64,000 nt of DNA, from positions 54,188,001-54,252,000 of the forward strand of contig OZ360226.1 in NCBI GenBank assembly GCA_977017645.1, written 5' to 3'. Within the stretch, counting starts at the first letter, position 1; every line of letters starts with the position of its first letter. Below the pieces are notes generated by a model. It was not told the origin of the DNA, made no database searches, and saw nothing but the letters and a program-made list of their open reading frames with translations. Positions 51,997 through 64,000 of this stretch are shown here, piece after piece. This stretch comes from Torpedo marmorata (taxonomy: Eukaryota). The position numbers and the translations under genes were made by a program.

Positions 51997-53121
51997 AAGC
52001 AGCAATACATACATACGGCTGCTCTTCATCGACTACAGCTCGGCCTTCAATACCATTATTCCCTCAGTGCTGGTCAAGAAGCTACAAACTCTAGGCCACT
52101 GTACCCCACTCTGCAACTGGATCCTTGACTTTCTCATCAGAAGACCAGTCAGTACAAATTGGAAACAATGTCTCCTCCTCACTGTTTATCAACACAGGCG
52201 CACCCCAAAGATGTGTGCTTAGTCCACTGCTCTACTCGTTATACACCCATGACTGTGTGGCCAGGCACAATTTCAATACCATCTTCAAGTTTGCAGATGA
52301 CACCACAGTTGTCGTCAGAATCACAAACGGCAATAAGGAAGCATACAGGAGGGAGATAGATCAGCTCGTTGAATGGTGTAATGGCAACAACCTTGAGCTC
52401 AACGTCAGCAAAACCAAGGAGATGATTGTGGACTTCAGGAGGAAGTCAGGGGAACACGGCCCAGTCCTCATCGAGGGCTCAGTAGTGGAGAGGGTCAAGA
52501 ACTTCAAATTCCTGGGTGTCAACATCTCCGAGGATCTGTCCTGGAGCATCCACGTTGATGCAATCACAAAGAAGGCTCGTCAGTGGCTATACTTTGTGAG
52601 GTGTCTGCGGAGATTCGGTATGTCACCAAAGACTCTCGTAAACTTCTACAGGTGTACCGTGGAGAGCATTCTGGCTGGTTGCATCACTGCCTGGTATGGA
52701 GGCGCCAACTCCCAGGACAAGAGTAAACTCCAGAGGGTTGTTAACTCGGCCTGTGACATCACAGGCACCAAACTTCACTTCATCGAGGACATCTACATGA
52801 GGCGGTGTCTTAAAAAAGCAGCCTCTATCCTCAAAGACCCCCACCACCCAGGCTATGCCCTCTTCACTTTGCTTTCATCGGGAAAAGGTACAGGAGCCGA
52901 AAGACGAGCACTCAACGGCACAAGGACAGCTCCTTCCCCGCTGCCATCAGATTCCTGAATAATCAATGAACCAAAGACACTGCCTTACTTTTCGTGCACT
53001 ATTGTTTATAATTTTTTATAGTAATGTCGTAAGATGGTTAATATGAATGTTAATTGCACTATGATGCTGCCGCAAAACACCGAATTTCATGACTTGTTCA
53101 TGACAATAAATTCTGATTCTG
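51997..53121 (+). mobile_element. Rex1/Babar LINE RT C-terminal half and 3' UTR
   Basis: IRLLFIDYSSAFNTI, GAPQRCVLSPLLYSLYTHDC, KFADDTTVV, LNVSKTKEMIVDFR, FYRCTVESIL; tail gacaataaattctgattctga. Confidence 0.9.
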
Positions 53122-53419
53122 AAGAGGCACGTGATTGCGAGTCTTTGCCAAAAGAGTTCCGTCTTCTCTGTTAAAAATCAGTTAATTTTACACTGTACTT
53201 TTTATACTTCATATAATAGATTTATCATTTTCAGCATACCAGATTGTTGCTATAAAATCAAGGTCATATGTTTCCAGGAAGTTAAGAGGAAAACTACAAC
53301 AGTCTTTCTCTCATCCATGCACACAGATATTTATTAATATAAATTATTTGAATATTTCTCAAAACTTGTTTCTGCTGACTGATAAAGCTGACCGTGAAAT
53401 ACTAGTGGTGAGCTTTCTT

Positions 53420-54022
53420 TTTTTAAAATATTTTATTTAAAATTTTAAATCACAAAATACATAAAGTAAAATATAAAATTATCAAAATACTTGTGATACA
53501 TTTTCACCCACCCCTCCCACCTTCCCCTCCCTAACCCTCCCAACCCTACTAATCTAATAAAATAAAAATAAAAGAAAAAGAAAAAGATAGAATAAGGAGA
53601 ATGTCAATCTAAAAAAATACATCTATAAACTAATTCTATTATGGAGGTTAGGTTTGCCAGTAGATCCGATATCCAGAGATTTTCAAATTCTTAAACCAAC
53701 AACTTTCATATATGGGCTCCAAATTTTTTAAAAGAAATGATACTTATTACGTAAATTATAAGTAATTTTTTCAAGTGGTATACATGAAAGAAGTTCTGCA
53801 TGCCATCTTTCTAACCCTAAATCTACATCAGATTTCCAAGTAATAGCAATGCATTTCTTTGAAACAGCTAAAGCAATTCGCAAAAATTCTATTTGATACA
53901 TATTTAATTTCATCTTAATACTAATTTTTTTAATATCTCCAAATAAAAATAATATAGGGTCCATTTGGAATGTGATCTTAAATACTTTATCTAAAATTTT
54001 TTTAACTTTCAACCAAAAATCA
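53420..54022 (-). mobile_element. L1-clade 3' insertion, same family as 26593
   Basis: YQIEFLRIALAVSKKCIAITWKSD; TSD agtggtgagctttctt at 53404-53419 and 54023-54038. Confidence 0.92.
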
Positions 54023-54333
54023 AGTGGTGAGCTTTCTTGAACTATTTCAGTTGTGTATTGTAGGTACTTGCACAATGATGTGAGGTAGGCTGTTCCAATA
54101 TTTTGACCAGTGAAAAATAAGTGAACAGTGCTAGCATATCTCAACTCACACTCCTGGAGTGGCTTCCTTCTGATCCCCTTGAGCAGTTTTACTTTATCTC
54201 CATGTTGTCACATCAGATCAAATGCTACCTTGGCAGCACTCTCACCTTACCTGCAAAATTAAGATCTGCAATGAGGTTTTGAAGTATGTGGTCCTGGTGG
54301 ACCTCAAACTCAGCATCAGTGATAGTTATTGAT

Positions 54334-54918
54334 ATTCTCTACATCGGCGAGACCAGTCGTAGATTGGGAGATTGTTTCGCTGAGCACCTCCTCTCCATCC
54401 GCAACAACAGCGACCTCCCAGTAGCCAACCATTTCAATTCCGTGTCACACTCCCACACTCACATGTCTGTCCATGGCCAGGTACTATCCCACCCAGACTA
54501 CCTGCAAATTGGAGGAACAACATCTTATTTTCAGTCTGTGCACTTTCCAGCCAGATGGCATTAACATTGACTTTTCTGCTTTCCACTAAACCTGCTCGCC
54601 TTTTCCTTCCCCTCCCCCCTTCCCTGTCCTAGTTTTTCCACCCACCCAGCCATCTCTCCTCCCCCTCTTTGCTGCTGTCCCCTCCCTCCCTTCTCCACCT
54701 ATCATCTCCTGCCTTTGCCATCCCCCTTCCCCCCTCACTCTTTTGTTCGGATGCCTGCCGGCATTTTCTCATACTTTGATGAAGGGCTCAAGCCCGAAAC
54801 GTTGGTTCTGTATTTCTACTTTTGCTACATAAAAGACACTGTTTGACCTGCTGAGTTTCTCCAGCATTTGTGTTTTTTACTTCAACCACAGTGTCTACAG
54901 ATTTTCGTGATTTACTTC
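54334..54918 (+). mobile_element. Penelope-like element 3' fragment
   Basis: LYIGETSRRLGDCFAEHL; TSD atagttattgat at 54322-54333 and 54919-54930. Confidence 0.9.
54770..54810 (+). ncRNA. Minimal hammerhead motif (cleavage triplet GUU)
   Basis: catact TTGATGA a GGGC tcaa GCCC GAAA CG TT ggttctg. Confidence 0.6.
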
Positions 54919-54937
54919 ATAGTTATTGATGATATGG

Positions 54938-55800
54938 TTTATTCTCTCTGGAACATGGAAGGTTGATGGGTGACCTTATTGATGTTTATAAATGATAAGA
55001 GGCATAGATAAAATCTTTTTTTTCCAGGGTAGGGGAATATACAACCATAGGATAAAGGTCTAAGGTAGAACCATGGAACACTACAGTACAGAAACAGGCC
55101 CTTCGCCCCATCCAGTCCATGCCAAACTATTTTGCCTCCTAGTCCCATCGAACTGCACCCGGACCGTAGCCTCCAAACCCTCCCATCCATGTACCTATCA
55201 AATTTCTCTTATATGTTGAAATCAAACCCACATCCGCTGGCAGGAGGTTCCACACTCTCATCTACAACTGAATGAAGAAGTTTCCCTTAAACATTTCACC
55301 TTTCACCCTTAACCTATGTACTCTTGTTCCTGTCTCACCCAACCTCATTGGAAAAAGCCTGCCTGCATTTACTCTATAAACTCATCTATAAACTCATAAT
55401 TTTGTATACCTCTATCAAATCTCTCCTCATTTTCTGAAGTTCTATGGAATAAAGTCCTCACCTATTCAACTTTTCCCTTTAACTCAGCTCCTCAAACCCC
55501 AGGCAAAATCATTGTAAATTTTCTCTGCATTCTTTCAATCTTATTGATATCTTTCCTCCAGACAGGTGACCAAAACTACATACAATACTCCAAGTTTGGT
55601 CTCACCAAAGGTAAGGGGAGAACGTAAAGGAGATCTGAGGGGTACATTTTTCACACAAAGGGTGGTGAATATCTGGAACAGGTTACAAGAGAAGGTAGTG
55701 GAGGCACATGCAATGCTTAAGAGAAATTTGGACAGGTATTCAGATAGGAAAAACTTAAGGCGAGCAAATGGGATTAGCATAGATAGGCACCACAGTTGAA
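54938..55800. mobile_element. Plus-strand CR1 fragment with a minus-strand CR1 nested at 55068-55607
   Basis: Host reads ...ggtctaaggta | aggggag...FFTQRVVNIWNRL; aaggta duplicated at 55062-55067 and 55608-55613. Confidence 0.75.
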
Positions 55801-55865
55801 AGGGTTGGCTGTCACGGCATCAGAAAATGAAACTAAGTTGAATAATTTGATTTTTTGGCGAAATA

Positions 55866-56408
55866 CCATATATACTCGTGTAATCGTCAAATTTTTTGGA
55901 CCAATTTTTCGGGTCAAATTTGGGGGGTGTCAATTTTTACACGGTTCATACTTTTGACCGCTGTAAGTACCTGCGTTGTTCAAGGCGTCAGGAGCTCGGA
56001 TGGCTGGGTCCGGGTGGTAAGTCCACGTTCGGGGCGTCGGGAGCTCGGATGGGCAGCCGGTGCCTGGGGGAGTCTGTGGCCAGGGCGTCGGGAGCTCAGA
56101 TGGGCGGGCGGCCAGGGCAGGGGTCCACAGTCAGGGAAGTCGGGAGCTCCGGTGGGCGGGCGGCCGAGGCGAGGGTCCGCGGTCGGGGCGTCGGGAGCTC
56201 CGGTGGGCGGGCGGCCAGGGTGAGGATCCACGGTCGGCGCATCGGGAGCATGGATGGGCAGGACGTCAGAGGTCAGATAGGCGGGCAGTCGGGGCCAAAA
56301 AATTGGGGATCGACTTTTACATGGGTCATACGAAAACATGTGATTTTTGGCCCAAAAAAGGGGTGGTCGACTATTACACATTATGGACGATTACATGAGT
56401 ATATAGGG
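55866..56408. mobile_element. Non-autonomous Tc1/mariner (Tc2/pogo-like) element with internal GC-rich minisatellite
   Basis: TA|ccatatatactcgtgtaatcgtc ... gacgattacatgagtatataggg|TA; about 45-bp units containing ggcgtcgggagctc at 55984-56270. Confidence 0.8.
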
Positions 56409-57119
56409 TAATGCTAGATTTTAAAAAGGTGGAACTTAATTTAAATTTTTTTTGCAAAATTATGGCGCTCATTCAATCTTATATAACTTTTTAATTTGTT
56501 CATATTTTGTCAATTATTTGTTGACTATATGGCATAGCTGGTCACTTTTAATTTTTGTCCACATGACATGACACTTTCATATAATGGGCTTCGGAGAAAT
56601 ACATTTAATGTGTGACACCAACAAAAAGTGTATTGTGAAAGATATGAGAGATGCATGGCTTTTAATTACTATACATAGGTATTTATAGACCAGCAATCAT
56701 AGTTTCCTCTAATTAAAGTGTTTTTTTTTTCCCCACAGTAACATTTCAATCCATGAACCCTGATTTTTTTAATCAGTGGTGAGGTAGATATACTCAAAGA
56801 ATTCAATGGCAAAATCTAATGTTAACAACTGCAGATTATGATTAGCTGCTGATCAGAGAATCTTTCTGCCTTTTTTTAAATGAATACAGAAATAACATAT
56901 TATTTTGCAGAATAATTACTTCTGATTCTATCATTCATGAGAACTCAGAATGTGTAAATTAAATATAATTAACACAAACAATAATGTATTAACTAATAGA
57001 AAAGCCAACATTTCCCAATTTTAGCAAAAATCTGTCTTATGATTTTTGTATTATAGGAGAAAACAAAGAAACACAATTTATATACAGTATGTAAATTAGA
57101 CTAATTAACTTCATCGTAC

Positions 57120-58032
57120 TGTTATGGACCATGACTGGCCATTTGGACTGCGGACGGTCAGCAGGAAGGATGAAGTCTTTTGGAGTATACACTGGGGCCA
57201 GGTACTGAAAGAGTTAACTTCCCCAGGACTTGGTGTACCCAGACAGAGAGAGAGACAAGCTGTGGACAAAGATACATTGTTGCACTTTTGGTGTACCCAG
57301 ACAGAGAGAGACCAGAGAGAGAGACTGTGGACAAGATACATTTGTTGCACTTTTGCAAAAAGCAGGTGCAGATTTCTGCAGGAAAAGCAGACAGTTGTAA
57401 GTTGCAAAGGCAAGAGAACACAGCCAAATCCAGGCTTGTGCAAGTCAGAGAAAAGACTGGCAGAATAGCACATGGCCTCCTGTCTCAGAGAAATTCTGAG
57501 GAAAAGCAACTTCTGTGGAGAACAGGCGTGAGATCAGCAAGACTAGCTGTGAGATTCAAGCATATGCCTAAATCAGTGGTATACTGATCTGAACTCGAAA
57601 TCCTTATGAACACACAAGAAGGGGACATCATCAGAGAAGAAAACAAGTATTTGTCAGCATAAACAGTCATTGTCTCTCTCCAACGTTCATTCAGAAGTAC
57701 TTCTACCAGACACAGAGCTGAATTTGAAGCCTGAACTTAGAGAGTGAATTTTGTCGACTGTATTATTCTTTTTTTTTGACTGACTTGTTTTTATGACTGA
57801 CCTGGGGTTTTTTGGGGAAAGTTTTTCCATTTTTACATAAGGGTTGGGCACAGATTGTAATGGTCTGGGCTTTACACACACACACCTTTTAGATAAGAAT
57901 AGAGTTTAGAGACGTTTCTAGTGGGGTTAATTGTTGTGAAATTATATGTTTACTTGTGTTTAATAAATAATAATTTCAATTTTACCCCTTTTGCATTGCG
58001 TCTTCTGTCGTTGCTGGTTTGATTTTGTAACA
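57120..58032 (+). repeat. 5' LTR (913 bp, TGTTA...TAACA)
   Basis: Near-identical to 63106-64000; contains AATAAA at about 57962. Confidence 0.95.
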
Positions 58033-58035
58033 AAT

Positions 58036-58060
58036 TGGGGGCTCGTCCTAGGATTTGAAT
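58036..58060 (+). promoter_or_regulatory. Primer-binding site, tRNA-Pro
   Basis: TGGGGGCTCGTCC, 3 nt after the LTR, complementary to the tRNA-Pro 3' end. Confidence 0.9.
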
Positions 58061-58163
58061 CAAAATCCATCTTGGTAATTGAAGGAATCCCAGTTTGGTT
58101 TAAGGCATTCCTTTTGTAAAGCTAATTAAAAGCTGGTGTGTGTGTAACGAAAAACCAGCAACA

Positions 58164-59200
58164 ATGGATGAAGAACATTTTTTGGAATCACCTGAACCTG
58201 ATACTTTAAAAAAGGCAAAAAAGGAACAGTTAGTGGCTTTAGCAACAGAGTTGGGCATTGCTTCTGTAAAACCATCTATGAAAAAGGCAGAGATTGGGAG
58301 AAAAATTGTCAAATACTATATAAAAGAAAAAAAATTTGAGGAGAGCATGTTAGAGCAGTTTCCCAAGGGTAAACCTTCTGAAAACATACAATTGGAAATA
58401 AAGAAATTGGAATTGGAACAAAAGAAATTGGAGGCAGACAGGGAACAAAAGAAATTTGACATGGAATTGGAACAAAAGAGATTAGACTTAGAGAACGATG
58501 AGAGAAATAGGAAATATGAGCTGGAAAAGATGAGGTTGGAAAATGAGAGGAGACAAGAAGAGCGCCAAGATCAAATTCGTCATCCTGCTGAGGGGTTTTT
58601 GGCTAGTAGAGAAGTTAGGTTGGTTCCTCCATTTGAGGAGGCAGAAATAGATAAGTACTTCCAACATTTTGAGAAGGTGGCTGTGAAACTAAAATGGCCA
58701 CAAGACCAATGGTCTCTTATGTTACAAAGTGTAATTAAAGGAAAAGCTCAGCAAGCTTATTCTACTCTTACCACGGAGCAAGCTGTTGATTATGAAACGG
58801 TGAAAAAGGCTATACTCCAGGCTTATGAGTTAGTTCCAGAGGCTGAAAGACAGAGGTTTAGAAATTTAAAAAGATCAGCAACCCAATCTTATACAGAGTT
58901 TGCCTATGAAAAGGTTGTGTGTTTTGACAGGTGGTGCACATCTAAGGCAGTAAACAATGATTACAATCAATTGAGAGAATTGATAATAATCGAGGAGATA
59001 AAAAGGTGTGTTCCTGAGGATATTAAGGTATACTTAGATGAAAAGGAGGTGAAACCTTGGCAAGATTCAGCTAAGTTAGCAGATGAATATGCTTTAACCC
59101 ACAAGCCTAGAAAGGGATGAAGGAAAGTGGAAAAGGGAGAACCATTCGGGTCCCATTTGCCACTACTGTAGGAAGGCTGGTCATATGCTAGCAAGCTGTC
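58164..59200 (+). pseudogene. gag (coiled coil, SCAN-like capsid, CCHC knuckle after a frame break)
   Basis: VPPFEEAEIDKYFQHFEKVA...YELVPEAERQRFR...AKLADEY; CHYCRKAGHMLASC at about 59158-59199 in another frame. Confidence 0.88.
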
Positions 59201-59509
59201 CAGTGTTGAAAAAGAAGAGAGAAAAGGATGCAACACTTAATGCTTGTATTCAGAGTGAGAAGATGTATAACACCCAGGAAGGAGATAAATTTACTGACAA
59301 AGTTAAAGATGTATTTAAACCTTTTGTGACTGATGGTTTTGTTTCAGTTAAGGCAGGATCAAAACAAGTGCCAGTGAAAATTTTGTGAGATACTGGAGCT
59401 GCTCAGTCACTTGTGTTACATAGTGTCTTGGAATTTTGTGAAGCTACTGACACCGGTGACATAAATTTAATTAAAGGAATTGGTGGTGAAGTTGAGTCCA
59501 TTCCTTTGC

Positions 59510-60702
59510 ACAGATTTGTCACTATCCCGACAGGAGTTAATAGCAAGGCAAAAGGACGATCCTGATCTTGCTGAGGTGAGGGATCAGGTTCTCTCTGAAG
59601 AGGAGATTAAAAAGGTGCTAGTGGGTTATTATGAAAAAGATGGGGTGTTGATGAGAAAGTGGAGACCATGTGATGTTCCTGCCAATGAAGAATGGGCAGT
59701 AGTGCAGCAGGTTGTGATCCCTAAAGTATATAGGGATGCAATAATAACTTTGGCTCATAGTACACCCTTAGGTGGTCACCTTGGGGTGAAGAAAACTATA
59801 AGGAATATAATGAAACAATTTTATTGGCCCAGTTTGAGAAGGGAGGTTGTAAGCTTTTGCCGGGCCTGTCCCACTTGTCAGGTGGTGGGTAAACCTAATC
59901 AGGGTCCCCCAAAGGCACCCACGCAACCTATCCCTGCTTTCAGTGAGCCTTTCTCAAGAGTAATTGTGGACTGTGTTGGCCCATTGCCCAAAACCAAAGC
60001 GGGGAATGAGTATTTGTTAACAATTATGTGTGCAGCCACCAGATTTCCAGAGGCCATTCCTCTGAGAAACATAAAAGCAAAGTCAATTGTAAAGGCTATG
60101 GTAAAGTTTTTCACCTTGGTAGGTTTGCCAAGGGAAATTCAATCAGATCAGGGCAGTAATTTCATGTCAGGCGTTTTCCAACAAGTGGTTGATGGACTAG
60201 GAGTTAAACAAATTGTATCCTCTGCGTACCATCCAGAAAGTCAAGGGGCCTTGGAGAGGTTCCATTCAACTTTGAAAACCATGTTTAGAACCTATTGTTG
60301 TGAGAAGGAAAAGGATTGGGATGAGGGGGTTCATTTGTTGTTATTTGCAGCGAGGGAGTCTGTCCAAGACTCACTTAGTTTTAGTCCATTCGAGTTAGTT
60401 TTCGGACATGAGGTGAGAGGTCCTTTAAGATTATTAAAAGAACAGTGGATTAATCGTGATGTGCATTTAAATCTGTTAGATTATGTTTCCAAATTTAAGG
60501 ATCGATTACATAGGGCTTGTGAGATGGCAAAGGAGAATTTAAAGGCCACTCAACGGAGAATGAAGGTTTGATATGATCGAAAGGCGAAGATGAGAACTTT
60601 TAAACCTGGTGAGAACGTATTAGTTCTGTTTCCCATCCATTCGAATCCTCTTAGGGCTAGATTTTCAGGACCCTATAGAGTTAAGTCAAAAATTAATGAT
60701 GT
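59510..60702 (+). pseudogene. Integrase (H2C2, DDE, GPY/F); resumes at 62118 after the L1
   Basis: AHSTPLGGHLG...CRACPTC, VDCVGP, SDQGSNF, GALERFH, FSGPY; preceded by protease remnant DTGAAQSL at 59389. Confidence 0.92.
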
Positions 60703-62103
60703 TGAATGTAAAAAGGTTTCCTCTTCTTCACCACATCTAAAACATCTATTTGATATCGCGGAGTTTATCTTATTCAATTTTTGTGGTGTGAAATATAATT
60801 GATGTAAAAAGTTGTATTGTACCAGTCTATATCTTACATTAACAGTGTTGGTCATACTATCTAAACATAGATTCGACCATCTTTTTTCATCAATTATAAC
60901 ATTAAGATCTTGTTCCCATCTTTGTCTAGATTTATGAAGCCCTCGTTTTAAAGCTCCCCTCTGCAACAAAGAATACACTATAGAAGTAAACTTCTTAATA
61001 TTTCCATTCCTAATGAGAGTTTCTACCTCACTACAATCTTGTAACAAGAAGTCCGGACCTCGTTTTTCTCTTAAGTAAGCTCTTAATTGAAAATAACAAA
61101 AAAGTGTATTATTAGGTATTCCATATTTATTCTGTAATTGTATAAATGACATCATTTGATTTCCTTCATAACAATCTTCTATCTTCTTTATTCCTTTTAA
61201 TGACCAAGTATTTAAAAAGGGATTATCTTATGTAAATGGTATAAGATTATTCTGTATCAAAGGCACTTTGGGTGATATACTTCCTTTCAACCCTATGTCA
61301 TCATTAACCTTATTCCAAACGTTAATCAAATGTTTTAATAATGGCATTTCTTTAACACCTGTCAATAGTTTTGAATTCCATTAACCTTATATATAAATTC
61401 TTGTGGTACCTTTTCTCCTATTTCTTCAAAAGTTAAAGGTTTTTGGACAGAGTTAGGAAACCGGTTAAAACAAATTACAGGTGTTACATTCCCTCAGAAT
61501 CCTGACTTATTTTTATTGGGAAACGTAGAAGGAACTTGACCAAAATTGAAATTATCTATATGGCAATTAAAATTTGTAAAAATTGCATTAGCAGTAGCAA
61601 GGAAATGTATAGCAGTAACTTGGAAATCGGATACAAATTTAAGTATGGATAGATGGAATTCAGAGATGCAGAGTTGTATTCCATTGGATAAAATAACGTA
61701 CAACATGAGGAATAAATATGGGCTATTTTTGCAAATTTGGCGTCCATTTATCCAATTATTAGGAATGAATATTTAAATGTGTTGCCCTACATCCTAGACC
61801 CTGCTGACTCTCTTAAATTTAAATTTAAAGAATGAACAATGTTGAACTTATTGCACTGAGCCGTGGACCTGTACAGATATTTTTTCTTCCTCTCTCTCTT
61901 CTTTCTTATTCTTAGTGAGGGGAGGGGATAAGGGATGGGAAGGGTGGAGGGTGGGTTGTTTTAGTAAGGGTGGGTTTAGATGGGGTTAGAACCACGGTAA
62001 TGCAAAATCTGTATGTATTGAATTTATTATTGTTCACTTTGTACTTTGTATTATTTTGTATTATTGTGAAAATTTGAAAATTTAAAATAAAATATTTAAT
62101 AAT
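60703..62103 (+). mobile_element. Twin-primed L1 inserted in the integrase (inverted 60703-61424, sense 61425-62103)
   Basis: TSD aaaattaatgatgt at 60689-60702 and 62104-62117; ORF2 pieces on opposite strands; homologous to 33298-34727. Confidence 0.92.
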
Positions 62104-62279
62104 AAAATTAATGATGTCACCTATGTCATAAAAATACCTAATCGCAGACAAGACACACAGGTCTGTCATGTGAATATGATTAAGCCGTATTTTGAACAGG
62201 TGCCTCAAAAAGGGACTGAACATTTACCAGAGGTACTGGTTATTGACAGGGGTAAGGAGGAGATAGATAAAACCAGTTT

Positions 62280-62973
62280 CAGAGAGGGTCATGGGACTGT
62301 TAATTCTCGGAGTTACGTAGTAGGACAGGGGCAGTTGGCGCCAGTAGAGGCAAAGGTTGTCGCTATTTCCGAGTTCCCTGTTCCAATTGGTATGAAAACT
62401 CTGAGGAGGTTCCTGGGAATGATTGGCTACTACCGCAAGTTCTGTAAAAATTTTGCTAATCTTGCGCTCCCTCTCACAAATTTGCTTAGAAAGAAAGAAA
62501 AATTTGTATGGTCAACAGGTTGTCAGGAAGCATTTGTCAAATTGAAAGCCATGTTATGCCACCAACCTGTGCTTAAGTCACCTAATTTAGAACAGTCGTT
62601 TTCTTTAGCCATGGATGCCAGCGATGAAGCTGTGGGTGCGGTGCTGTTACAGAAGAAGAACGAAGAGGACATTGACCATCCGGTATCCTACTTCTCGAAG
62701 AAGTTCAATGATCATCAAAGGAATTATTCAACTATAGAAAAAGAGTTGTTGGCTCTTGTGTTGGCTCTACAACACTTTGATGTGTATATCTGTACAGCTC
62801 AAAAACCACTCATAGTGTATACTGACCATAATCCATTGGTTTTTCTTTGTAAAATGAAAAATAAGAATCGACGGTTGTTGAATTGGAGTCTAATTTTGCA
62901 AGAATATAATTTGGTAATCACTCATATAAAAGGGAAAGATAATGTAATTGCTGATTGTCTTTCTAGATGTTAA
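62280..62973 (+). pseudogene. RT C-terminal remnant and RNase H
   Basis: LRRFLGMIGYYRKF, MDASDEAVGAVL, YSTIEKELLAL, YTDHNPL, NVIADCLSR; no YxDD region. Confidence 0.9.
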
Positions 62974-63105
62974 ACTTTATCAATGAAAATAGTTCATATT
63001 TTGTATTTGTGGATGAACATTGTAGATTTTGTTTATATTCTGACACCTCAATTACTTTCCTAAATTTTGTTCTTGCAGACGAAAATTTCCTTTGTGGGTG
63101 GGAGG

Positions 63106-64000
63106 TGTTATGGACCATGACTGACCATTTGGACTGCGGACGGTCAGCAGGAAGGATGAAGTCTTTTGGAGTATACACTGGGGCCAGGTACTGAAAGAGT
63201 TAACTTCCCCAGGACTTGGTGTACCCAGACAGAGAGAGAGACACAAGCTGTGGACAAAGATACATTGTTGCACTTTTGGTGTACCCAGACAGAGAGAGAC
63301 CAGAGAGAGAGAGACTGTGGACAAGATACATTTGTTGCACTTTTGCAAAAAGCAGGTGCAGATTTCTGCAGGAAAAGCAGACAGTTGTAAGTTGCAAAGG
63401 CTAGAGAACACAGCCAAATCCAGGCTTGTGCAAGTCAGAGAAAAGACTGGCAGAATAGCACATGGCCTCCTGTCTCAGAGCAATTCTGAGGAAAAGCAAC
63501 TTCTGTGGAGAACAGGCGTGAGATCAGCAAGACTAGCTGTGAGATTCAAGCACACGCCTAAATCAGTGGTATACTGATCTGAACTCGAAATCCTTATGAA
63601 CACACAAGAAGGGGACGTCATCAGAGAAGAAAACAAGTATTTGTAAGCATAAACAGTCATTGTCTCTCTCCAACGTTCATTCAGAAGTACTTCTACCAGA
63701 CGCAGAGCTGAATTTGAAGCCTGAACTTAGAGAGTGAATTTTGTCAACTGTATTATTCTTTTTTTTTTGACTGACTTGTTTTTATGACTGACCTGGGGTT
63801 TTTTGGGGAAAGTTTTTCCATTTTTACATAAGGGTTGGGCACAGACTGTAATGGTCTGGGCTTTACACACACACCTTTTAGATAAGAATAGAGTTTATAG
63901 ACGTTTCTAGTGGGGTTAATTGTTGTGAAATTATATGTTTACTTGTGTTTAATAAATAATAATTTCAATTTTACCCCTTTTGCATTGCGTCTTCTGTCGT
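63106..64000 (+). repeat. 3' LTR (cut by window end), preceded by PPT gtgggtgggagg (63094-63105)
   Basis: About 11 substitutions and 4 microsatellite indels versus the 5' LTR, counted by eye. Confidence 0.95.

Larger units (their letters stand above)
57120..64000 (+). mobile_element. Gmr1-like Gypsy LTR retrotransposon, internally deleted, extends beyond the window
   Basis: Paired LTRs, tRNA-Pro PBS, gag, protease motif, integrase placed before RT-end/RNase H, PPT. Confidence 0.93.

Noticed and set aside
55984-56270. CRISPR-like repeat array
   Set aside because: Degenerate head-to-tail minisatellite without unique spacers, inside a eukaryotic MITE; no cas genes.
57111-57670. Overlapping ORFs in the LTRs as an accessory or env gene
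   Set aside because: Frames are shifted between the two LTRs by microsatellite indels; no TM or env features.

Overview
Vertebrate genomic DNA, most likely a cartilaginous fish (inferred from HE1-like V-SINE, Deu-domain SINEs, Neptune-type Penelope elements and abundant CR1 LINEs). The only host gene recognised is ephrin-B2 (efnb2) on the minus strand: coding exon 1 at 41958-41840, a 29.9 kb intron 1, exon 2 at 11921-11638 (284 nt), and intron 2 running towards position 1; later exons were not recognised in the window. A TATA/CCAAT promoter lies near 42.5 kb inside a roughly 10 kb CpG-retaining, TE-poor domain. The rest is mobile DNA: four Penelope-like 3' fragments, each carrying a minimal hammerhead-ribozyme motif; six L1-clade insertions with target-site duplications (two twin-primed); CR1 and Rex1/Babar LINE fragments; SINEs; two MITEs; and a Gmr1-type Gypsy LTR element lacking its RT core (57120 to the window end). 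Best candidates for something undescribed: a GC-rich, hairpin-headed non-coding retroposon with a Rex1-like tail; non-canonical U3 hammerhead cores; and two independent L1 copies truncated at nearly the same nucleotide. All alignments, identities and family assignments were made by eye or from recall, without database searches.
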